From Auanema rhodensis (lineage: Eukaryota > Animalia > Nematoda): a stretch of 64,000 nt of DNA. Both the position numbers and the translations under genes were made by a program. The notes beneath the pieces are model-generated. The model was not told where the DNA came from and did no database searches. It saw nothing but the letters and a program-made list of their open reading frames with translations. This document shows, one piece after another, positions 1 through 11,051 of the stretch (within the stretch, counting starts at the first letter, position 1; each line of letters opens with the position of its first letter). The DNA lies in contig OZ059900.1 in assembly GCA_964057225.1 (NCBI GenBank), positions 10,416,001-10,480,000 of the forward strand, in the 5' to 3' direction.

Positions 1-52
1 ACTCAGAAAGATTTATAACCCTGTTCCAACTAATTTCAGCTGTCTGACTTAC

Positions 53-113
53 TTTGTACAATATCTGAACCTAACAGGCGACGATTTTCGTTAGACGGCT
101 CGTATATAAAGCT
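53..113 (-). CDS. Candidate isolated internal exon (SFIYEPSNENRRLLGSDIVQ) of an unidentified minus-strand gene
   Basis: On the minus strand a TTCAG acceptor precedes 113 and a GTAAGT donor follows 53; only one of three frames is open; locally higher GC. No partner exon could be joined with confidence. Confidence 0.3.
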
Positions 114-3100
114 CTGAATATATATGTTCACTAATTTAACATATAATTAATATATTTTAAAATTTTTCAAACTTGCATAAGTGTGTATATGCATATATCA
201 TATTTTTCTTTTTTACTATTTTATGTTCTTACACTTTTATTGTTGCATGATGCAAGTTAGCAAAACAAAAATGAAACAAAGAAGCCGGTTTTCTTATAAG
301 CTTTTGAAACTGATTGTATAAGCATTAATAGCTATTTATGATTTCATCTCATTCATGAAACAAAGAATAAACTATAAGTCAATTAGATAAGCAAAACAAA
401 AAAATCTATTGATAAACGAGGTAAAAAACTTTCACATTGATTTAGACATTAAAAGCATTTTTCGTGCTCGGGTTATCTATAATTTTCATTTTGAATAGCA
501 GCAACCTATTTGCAACAAAGTAAGCAGCTATGGCATGCTTTTCAAAATAGTGAAGGCATCGATTTGATTTGATAACTGCCAAACAGCTTGCAACCTACCA
601 TTGTAGTGGTGCTGTTCTGTATCCGGTGACGATGTTGAAGATAGATGTCGAAAGAATTGGATTAATCCCTTTTTTACAGTCACAAAAGATCAAAAGTTTA
701 TATGTTTGTTCAAGCTATATACGTTGTTCCTATTTACTTATTATGGCACTCAGTACTTTCTCGTGTCATAAACCATAATATCAAAACGTTGAACATTCAC
801 TAATTCTTTCGTTTAAGCTATGTATTATAATTAATTATAGTATTTTAACCAAAAATACAATAGCTTGCGCGAAGTCTGTAGAAAGTAGATGATCTAGAGA
901 CAGATACTTTGTTGTTAGAAGCTAAAATACCTATTTATAGAAGCAAAAATTAATACAAAATAAAGAAATATAAGCATAAGTATGAAATATGAATCACAAA
1001 CTAGAAGCATGGTTAGCAGAGCATCATTAATAAAAATAGCATAAAAGTATGCTTACTTACATACTTACATCTCGAAACTACTATAAACAACTTTGGCTAT
1101 AACTACTATTGATTAAACTGATTAGAATTCTTTTGCAAGTGTCGAGTATCAATAGATTACATATCAATCGATTGATTGCGCTGCTCATATTTCACACAAA
1201 TTATTTAAAAGTAAATGCTACAACCATGCGATCGATCGTACCGTAGTAAACAGGCACGTAGATGCAAAGTGCGAGTGTTCATTCGCGTGAGTGCTTCATG
1301 CAAATTCGAAACATGCAGTTTTTTAATTGCAATAATAAAAAGGAAGTGTTAGTGAGTATTCTATCTACATGCTTATGAGTATATCAATATATTATATATA
1401 AGCATCATGCAAGGGAAAGCGCAGGCAACATGCTGGCATCATGCCGATTAATAAAAAGTTCATGCATTCTGTTTTAACTTTGAAAGTTTATATTATTTGA
1501 AAAAAAGTTAAGTAAATGTATATCTATAGGTATATACATAGCAGTTGTGTTTGTTTATGTTTTTATACAATAGGTAATTACTTACTTAGTATACTGACTA
1601 AATAGGAATTATTTCAAGAAGTGCATAATATGACGCAATATTCTATTCAATGATCATTTAATGATAAAGAAAAAAGAAAACGAGACAGGTAAGATGGTAT
1701 TTGTGTTAAAGAAAAGGGTAAGAACGAAAAGTAAGCAGTTTGGTGTGTTATTAACCAAATCAAATAATATGTTGTTTAGAGTGATGAAAATCTACATGAA
1801 TTTTGTAGGAAGTAAGTAAAGTATTATCAGCAGTCAAAGAGCAATCCGAACTATCATACGTAAGTAGCGTGATAAATAGCTGTTGCTAATGCATTTAAGA
1901 TTAGTTTTTAAAAAAAAAACACAAAAAAATTATTATGGAAAACATTGCATTTTTTGTTATTGTAGCAAAAAACACATAGAAATATTCATCAATGGACTAC
2001 AATATTTGAAACATGTTATTGCATATAAAAACAATTTTGTAGATAGCTATTGATTTTTGGATCAAAAGTTGTATACTAAATAGCGTCACGTTGGATTATT
2101 ATCAATTGTAACTGTATTAGATATGCCATTTTCAGACATAATGTAGGGCAGTGAACGATAAGCTATTAGGACGATATGTCAAATGAAGGCAAGAAAAAAC
2201 ATTCGCAGGCAAGATCCTACTCCTTATCGAGAACAGAAGAGCATTTTGAGTCTATCTGCCCTGTTGCATCTCTTTACTACTTCTTAATCTATAGGAGGCA
2301 CTGCAGAGAGTGAGCACGAAAAAGAAAGAAAGATAGATAACGATGATAATGACCTCTACATTATGATATGATTACACAAATGATTTTTTTTTGGTTTTAT
2401 TTGCATTTTTTAAATAAAATGTTGAGATATTGAGCTTTTTTTTTCAAAAAATAAATGAATTACCTGATGAATATGTTATATAGAAGATAGATATTATACT
2501 GATATGCTGACAGAGAGATCTGCTGGAGTTGGATGGAAGGAAGAAACCTATATTAGTGAATTGATAATTGGTTTGTGGTATTATATAAGAGTTCTTATGA
2601 TACAACAATGTTGGTTCAAAAATTATATATTCGAAACAGACAATAGTATTGAAAGATTCAGAAATAAGGAGATAATTTGATGCTGGTTATGAATGATATA
2701 CATAGTTAGTTGAAAAGGTTAAATAATTCTGATCAATAAATGAACTTGAGCGGTTTGGGATATTTCCAATATAATGGAAACATTGAACAAAACACATATA
2801 AAAACTATGAAACATAGATGGATTATAGCCGATGATAACCGATGAAAAACGTTTATTTTTCTTTGAACTTTGAACTAAAGTTGGGATCATATTAGAACAT
2901 ATGACGTAACTTACAAATCCATGAGAGAGGGGTTGAGGTAAAATTTATGAAATTAGCAAAGCAAGAGTTTGAAAGAAGATCATAATGCTAGAAAAAACGC
3001 GTACGAAATTGAAAATATTTTATGAAATTTGAAATATTTAATGTTCCAAGAAAATGATAAAGAGCAAATAAACAAATAAAAATAATAATTCGCATGTTAG

Positions 3101-6100
3101 CGTTTCATTTCATCTTATCATTATAAGTGTAATTGATTTTAATTAGCAAAAAAAATGTCTGAAATATCAATAAAATTGATGTAATCATCTTAATCAGAAA
3201 AATTCTGTCATTCAGCACCCGATTTTTTTGTTTTTTCTCTTTATCTCTGGTATTCTCTCACACTGTTAATAGCTTCATATTGGGTGCTATCAACAGTTCA
3301 AAAAGTTACATTCAAATATCATTTTTGTCTGAATATTCTGGACAGAACAAGACATTTGGAAGTATTATTAAAATTATTATTTCGTCATCATCTATAGCAC
3401 ATAATATTATAAAGTTAGTTAATCTATGTATATAACATGACATAGAGTAGGAAACACATGAATGTTGAAACTACATCGTCATAAGGTACTTACACTCACT
3501 GTTACATGGTATTATCAAAGTGTTAAAACAAAGAACAGTTTAATCCGTAATGTTCTTGCTCTACCTATCAGCTGAAAGCCAACAGTTAGAGCTTAGAACC
3601 ATTTTTTCACATAAATGCATTTCACACAGTCTCGGTTTCTATCTCACTTTTTTCATTTATTATTGTTCTTTAAATACCTCGTTTTACTATTCGAATTGCT
3701 ACATGTTGTTTCGCAATGTTTTAGTATGGTTAGGCACCATATTCTGTCTTCACACTTGATAATATTAGAAAGCAAAACATGTAATGAAACTTAAACAAGA
3801 TCAATTGTGCCGGAAATGAAATAAAACAAAATTTTTTTCTGTAACAACGTTAATGATCAAGATCAGCAGTAAGTTGGAAATAAATGATGTAAACATTAAA
3901 AAAACGCATGTATATGCAATGCCAAATCGAACCAGAATTCAGGTTTACTGGTACACACATGATGCCTTTTGCGATACGAGATTTGGGGAAAAAAAAAGAA
4001 AAAAAAACGAAAAGATATTGATATTTGATTATTTTCTCAACTTCTCGGAAAATAATACTGTGCTGACCAGTCAGTTCAAATAAATTTTAAATAGAAAATA
4101 TGTTTCTACTAATGCAATAATTGACGAGAAAATGAAAATAAGTAAAAAATAAAAAAAATGAATACAGGTTTCAGATTATCAAGTTTATCATTATGATTAA
4201 GCTTAAAATGCAGTTCATTATTTGTTTGACTGATCTATCAATGAAACAGATTATATTGATGTGGAGTTATCACTAACATGATGAGATACAAAGAAAACAA
4301 TTGAAAAACAACAAAAAATTTGAAGTTAGTTAGTATAGCGTATGGACCAAAATTACAGTTTTTAGTTTTGGCTTGTTTTTGAATGAAATGGTAGCATATA
4401 AAGAGAAAAAAATTAATCAGAATGAGAATATAAAGAGAGAAGAGAGAGAAAAGGTGTAGTATGATGAAACGGTTTGGAATTTAATATTGTTTTGTTGTTT
4501 AATGGAAGTTTGTTAAAGCATTTGATGACAAGGAAATGATTCTTTATATGTTTTCTTGTAATGCTTAACAACTTTTTCATACTTCACACTACATTCTTGC
4601 TTGTTTCAATTCACTTTCTAATTTCTCTCTATCTTTAAAGTTTGCCATATTACCCTCTTTTTTTGTTTCTTTTAACAGCTTACAGACTATCTCTCTTTCT
4701 TTATGTTTATTTACTCTCTTCTCTTTACCCCTTTTACAGGTTTTTAGTTTTGCTTAGCTTTATCACCTGCGGCTACTATTAAAGTGTTGATGATATGTCA
4801 GGTACAGCAAAACCAACATAACATGACACTTATTAGTAGGCAATGAAGCGTAGCTGAAAGGGTAAGTGCGATATGTAATGTTCCCTTCAAACTGGTTTTT
4901 TTTTTCGAAATATTTTCGCTGTACACAATAGATATTTAACTATAATACTCATATACATAAAACAGCTCATCTATATCATATTTTCAAATTCTATCTCACT
5001 AATCGAAATAATCTATGAGAAATACACATTTTTAAAATCTGTCGAATCACTTAATTTTTACGAATTAGTACAAACTTTTAATTTATTTTTTAATAATAAA
5101 GTTGAACAGTGAACGTTTTTCAAGTCATTTTTCTAGCTCTTCATGAATTGTCAGTTTCTTTCTTTATTTTGATATCCAAAATAATGCGAATCATGACCAT
5201 TTTTGAATTTTAAGAATGTAATTGCATAAAGTTTATTCATTAGACATTAATATGTTCAGAATTTAAAGTTTCCAAACATTTTGTTTCTTTTTTTATTTTA
5301 TTTTTTCAAAGTTGAGAATTATAAATAGCTGAAACACGAACACAATTTGGTCTCAAATAAGAACAGGATGACGAAAGAGATAAAAGCATGTTGAAAACAA
5401 GCTTTAATGAAGATTTTATGATTGGTTGTAAGAAAAAAGTGAAGACAAAATGAATAAAAGAAAATTTAGAATGTTTGAGGCTGTTTATAAGGACATTTAG
5501 GTGCATCATTTTGCTGACACATTCCGAACTGATTTGATTCCTTGATTATTAGCAAGAAAAAGGCATAAAAATTGTTAAAGATTAATTTGACTGCTTTAAA
5601 CGGTTAGTTGAAATATCAATTATTATTGAAAGATGAAAATCAAATAAAAAACGTATATGAATATTATACCAGAATAAAATATCATGAAAACGTGGTGGCA
5701 TATAAGGTTTGTACGTGTCAAATTTTTAAGAAGAAAATTGATAAGAAGCAGCATCAGATTATAAACTATCTGATATTTTGGAAGAAGCAACATCGAAAGA
5801 AAAGTGGATGGTCTACAAAAATGTGCTCACCAAATTGAGTACAAGCATATGCGCACTCACACAGATGGATACACGTCAAGCACATAAGCACTCACACTAA
5901 TACGTGAGCTACAAAAGCTGAAAGCTGCGGAAGGCTGACGGTGCCTTTATGGCATATGTGCTAGATAATAATGATCTTAAATCCTTAAATATAAAGAAAA
6001 GCTCATAAGAGGTTTAAAGAATGAGGTGATTAGTTGACTGAAAAATGATCAAAAATAGCTATAATGCTATTTAACTAAATGCATTACATCTCATGAAATA

Positions 6101-7171
6101 AGCAAGCTAAAATAGCATTTACCAGCTGAATGGGGGTAGGTTTAATGTAAAATACGTAAAGAGCATTTGAAATGACTAAATACGCTTTCAACAGCTTATA
6201 TATTTTATAGCATTTCCTATGAAATTCTTGAAAAAAACTACGATTTTCATTAGCTTCTAATATATTGTTACCATATAAATTACGGTAAATAGCTAATATA
6301 TCTTTAAAGTGTTGTAATAGCTGTTTAGTATTTGAATATTTGATGGGCGGATAAAAGAAAGGAAATTAGCTGCTTAGCCATTATTTTTCGATTACATACA
6401 CTATCCAAGCCAGTTCATATTCTCTTATGCCATTATCCTTACGAAAATCTTACTCATCTTTAATTGCATCTTTATTTATCCGTATAGCTAATGCATTTTC
6501 CTATAGTATCCTTTTTTGAGCTTAGCTAGTGATTCATATTTCTTCTTATTCTTTCCAAGAAAAACATAAAATATATCATTCCAAGTCTAATTTCTCGTAT
6601 TTTAGTAGTGAAAGATTTCTACCGCATTCAAAACATTTGATGAAGTTGGTCATTATTGAATAGTAAATGCAGCATAATAATAAACAGAAAGCTAGTGCAC
6701 ACAGAAAACTCGAAGCAAAATCAAATTACATGATCATAGCGGGGCAGAGCAATAGAACAAAAAGTTATTATTAAACTAAATACTAATTCTGCTAATAAAA
6801 ATTCAAACTTTTAAAACAAAGTTAGAAAAATTGGAATAAAAGTTCAATTTCATAATATTAGCAAACATTAAATATATTGTTTTTAATGAGAATAACGTCT
6901 AGAATAGTGAATCATCTTCGCAAAAAATATACATGAAGAATGAAAAACTGAAATGATAATATTCGCTTGTTTTGTTTTGTTTTCTTATTTCACCTCCATA
7001 GCTCTTGTTTAATTCTGTTCGCTCGGCCTACTCGTTGATGAACATTTTTTCTATTCGTTTTCAGATTGTCATGTGTTCATCTATTGACAACAGAAACAAA
7101 TAATCTCAAAAGCACATGCTAGTAAACCAGTCCTGTGCTCTATCACAACGCATGGGTAGAGCTGCGCAACC

Positions 7172-7212
7172 CATACACACACATACACACATATACACAT
7201 GCATGCACACAC
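7172..7212. repeat. Imperfect (CA)/(TA) microsatellite
   Basis: catacacacacatacacacatatacacatgcatgcacacac. Confidence 0.75.
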
Positions 7213-8178
7213 ATTCTCAGTGGACTCTTCCAGAAACACAAAAATAATGAGGAAAATAGTTTTCCTCACTCAAATGCTTTCTTATTTTTAACCGTTTTGT
7301 TATTTTTGGAAAAGAGAGAAATGTTGGAAATTTTCACACTACTTAGTTCAAATTTCCTTTTTTCTCTTCAGATATAATTTTTTTGTTAAAGACCAGTAAA
7401 ACGGTTGTATTTTTTTTGATTTTTCTTTCAGAGTTCAAATACTTAGAGAAAGAATGGCAACTAATCTAACTTTATTCGTGATTCAGTGAGTAATTTCCCA
7501 TCTTTTTCTTGTGAATCAAATTATTAATCATTTTTAAATGAATTTTTATTTTCTTATTCTCAACACTAATCAACCACATTTGATACGAATAAATAAAATG
7601 TACATTTTCAAAATATTTCTTGTTTTACCTACTTTTAATATTAAAAATGCAAAAAAAACCTAATTTTGACGATCTCTTCCACATCGAAAATGAAAGTAAT
7701 CTGATTTAATCAAACAAAGTAAAAGCAAAGGCTGCTTAGATCAAATTTAAAACGTATGAAATTAATGAAATATGAACTCATTGAGTATTCAATGTGTACA
7801 GTTAAATAACTATGTAATTTTATTATTGTTATCAATTGTTTCGTTTAATTAGATGATTTAGCTAGTCGTGATACCATGATAAGGAAGTACAAAGACAATG
7901 TGAGATCAATATATAATAGATAGCAGACAATTGCTTGGAAGATTTATTTAATAATTGATATGATGAAGAAGCAATGAGAGGAAATAAAATTAATAGGATT
8001 AGATTCAAAAACGAATTAATAGAAAATTGAGACAATAACCACAGAAAAGAATTGGGAAATCTCTTTTTTCTGAAAATTGAAAAAAAAGAACTGGAAGAGA
8101 AACTAAATGAATTAATTTCTTATTATAGTGCACTGTTCTAAATATTTTTTAATCTTGAAACTTCTATCATCATTCTAT

Positions 8179-8210
8179 TTCTATGTTCTATGTTCTATGT
8201 TTATGTTCTA
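8179..8210. repeat. Short (TTCTATG)n tandem repeat, about 4 copies
   Basis: ttctatgttctatgttctatgtttatgttcta. Confidence 0.7.
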
Positions 8211-8852
8211 TTTATATGCTTCTTTAACAAAATAATGATAATTATTGCAAAAAACTTTCATAATTCCTTTGACAGCTAAAACAAGAGAAAATTTAATTTT
8301 AAAATCATTTATCAATGAAGATTTAAGCATGATTAGTGCAATATGTTTAGATAAAAATCTGGTGATTAGTGATAGGAAACTCAAATTTTTGTGAAAAGTG
8401 AAAAAGAAGAAACAAAAAAAGGTTGGAAATAAGTTTAACACTACAAAAGTCGATATCACAAACAAATACAACTATTCAGTCAGTAAATCAATTCATAAAA
8501 TAAAAAGTTTGAATAATTATAATAAAACTTTTCCGTTGAATTGAATTAGCCATAAATTGTTATAGATAAGTATTTATATATAATTAATTCTTATACTTTT
8601 TTTGAATAAAATAAATAATATTATTATAGTTAAAGTGAAATCAAGACTTATTTTTCAAACTTTTTGAGAATAAATGTTGATATCCAATCAATAATTGATG
8701 TATAAAACTATATTGAAACTTCTTCATTCAAAACAAATTATTGAATTTCTTTAGTATAATATTCAATTCTTTCTATATCTACGTGATATAATAGAATAAC
8801 AGAACCTTCTTGTTCATATAACTATTGTACATTGTAGTTTTCTTAGGCGAAT

Positions 8853-8855
<3 letters not shown>

Positions 8856-8907
<52 letters not shown>
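8856..8907. repeat. (TC)26 microsatellite
   Basis: Perfect dinucleotide run; explains the ERERER ORF at 8779-8964. Confidence 0.97.
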
Positions 8908-8914
<7 letters not shown>

Positions 8915-9039
8915 CCAAACAAAACAATTTTAATTTTTATGGCGCTCAATCGCTTATGAAACAAACAATCCTTGCGTCCTATTGTTAATTTTATCTATTT
9001 GTCATCAAAAGTTATTTTAGGTAGACAATTCTCTAAATA

Positions 9040-9213
9040 TTTTAATATATTAATATTTTATTTATATTTTATTCGTAATTTCTTTGTTATTTGTTTGTAT
9101 TTTATTAATTTATTTTATTTTATAGCTTAACTATATATTTTTATTCCAATTAACCCCAACCTAAAAGTGAGTCGGTTTTAACATTTTTATTTTAATTCTT
9201 CGAAGTTCTATAG
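9040..9213 (+). promoter_or_regulatory. T-rich outron/intron ending in a 3' splice acceptor directly before the ATG (possible SL trans-splice site)
   Basis: Very A/T-rich tract ending ttctatAG|ATG at 9213/9214; could alternatively be a cis acceptor of an upstream exon. Confidence 0.45.
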
Positions 9214-10849
9214 ATGAGTCAATTCTTTGGAGAAGATTTCGAGCAATTACTTATCTCAGAGAAAGTGTCCAAAGATGAAACTTCTGTTGGCGAAATGGAT
9301 ACTCCCACTTCATTCTTGGAACTATCTACTTGTGCATCCCCAACTCAACTGACTGGCGCTTGTAGAACAATAACTCCAACTAACGCCACCTCCCTACTTT
9401 CCGAGACCAGAGAACTGTCATTTGCTTCTCCCAATGTTCTAGATCTTTCTCAAAGATCTATTCAACAGAAAGACATATTACCAATACTTCAATTACAATC
9501 TTCCGTGAAAGAGGTAATTTTAAATATTCTGACATTCAGAACAGATTTAAATATTTAGGAAGATACTCAAAGTTTCAATCATGAGAATTACAATGACAAT
9601 GAGATAAATGCTTCGAATTCTATTGTAGAACTTCTGGAAAACATGAAGAACAAGCTTAAACTGCTTGACAAAGAAAAAGAAGAGTTGCGTAACAAGAATG
9701 ATCATTTTTTCGTTAACCACTTCCGGTGTATGCAAGAGCACGCAATTTACCGAAAAGAATTGGAATATCTACAAGATCACCAGCTCTCAGAGAAAAGTAA
9801 CATCGAAACTAATCAAGATATCATGCGAAAGATGAATCGACTATGTGATGACACGATATCATCAATGGAGACGGTCTATAATTGTTTGCTTAGTTGCTCG
9901 ATTCAGGAGAAACGTGTTAATCCTGCAATGGCTACCTTTATCAAAGAAAAGACCAATGAGATATTACATAATGATAGAAACGATGATTACGTCTTAGAGG
10001 GATGTGATGCAAATGTATGTTTAGGTTATTTCGGTAATAATACAATTACCTTACAATTTTTAAGAAAAGACTTGACGATTCTTCTAGTTTGATAAGCGAT
10101 GATCAGGTGTTAGATGTCATTAGCCACGTTGTAAGCCGACTGTCGTATTGATAATTATTAATTTTATTTTTGCTTGTAGATAAGTTCAGGAAAAATGAAT
10201 AGCGCTTTTGAAAATGATGACGAGGTCTTTTATGTAAGTGACTTGATACATGTTTGCTTAAATCCCATAATGCCATATTTAGTCTGATGATTCGATAGAA
10301 AACGAAATTGTGCAGGCGCTGCTAAAACAAGTGACGAGTGAAACGTTCTACAGGATCAAAAACTTTGTAAGTTTCAGAATTTGCCAAGTTAAACAAAAAT
10401 GGTCTTAGTTACATACCAAAATACATGTGTTCATGTTGGAAGCATCTAAGAATAAATTTGCTTATATTCAAACGAGAAATCCATCATTTTCTGTCGAAGA
10501 CCTCGAAATAGTTGCTGATATGGTTTGTGAAATTGAAAATCATACTAAGAGCTAATATTGCAGTTGGAAATTGATATTAATCCACTTGAAGTAATAGAAC
10601 TACGTACCATGACACCAGATGTAAGATGACTGAATCTATTTCAATACTATACTTCAGCTGTTATAGAAAGGATCTAGACATAATGATGATGATTTGGCTG
10701 GATTGAAAAACCTTTCCACTAAAACACTGAAAAAGAGATTCATGAAGATGGTAACGCGAAAACAACATTATACACGTTCCAAGTTTTCGAGAAGAAGCAA
10801 CAAATTATTGAAATTTAAGAATTTGAGCCGTCCACGAAACCATTTCTAA
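9214..10849 (+). CDS. 8-exon gene, about 437 aa protein of unknown family: S/T-rich N-terminus, predicted coiled-coil, acidic middle, Lys/Arg-rich C-terminal tail
   Basis: Exons 9214-9513, 9559-10014, 10065-10130, 10180-10233, 10283-10366, 10409-10522, 10564-10620, 10667-10849(TAA). Introns of 45, 50, 49, 49, 42, 41 and 46 nt are all GT-AG and phase 0; joining gives one uninterrupted frame MSQFFGEDF...VELLENMKNKLKLLDKEKEELRNK...KKRFMKMVTRKQHYTRSKFSRRSNKLLKFKNLSRPRNHF*. Confidence 0.85.
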
Positions 10850-11007
10850 AGCTTGTTTCTTTTGAATCTTCAGAATCTTACTTTGACTTGAATTTTTTTA
10901 TGTTTTAACATACTATAGCTTGTATATAAACAAAACATACCATATTTCATTTTCATCGTTGATAAACCAATGAATTTGTAGAAAAATAGCATAGCAAAAT
11001 TGAAAAA

Positions 11008-11051
11008 ATCAGCATCCACTCTCTACAAAGAAAACAGCACATATACTATAT
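11008..11051. repeat. Degenerate, internally deleted satellite monomer marking the left edge of the array
   Basis: Colinear monomer fragments atcagcat (11008-11015), tctaca (11022-11027), aaagaaaacagc (11027-11038) and acatata precede the clean match from about 11052. Confidence 0.6.

Noticed and set aside
569-8964. Short ORFs of 61-87 aa and weak exon candidates (minus strand about 598-715, plus strand about 7432-7485)
   Set aside because: Low-complexity composition, no recognisable motifs, and no phase-consistent gene model could be assembled.
10656-10666. Alternative acceptor ttcAG at 10657 for the last intron
   Set aside because: It leads to a stop after two codons (CTG TTA TAG); the AG at 10666 opens a 60-codon terminal exon, though RNA data are needed to decide.
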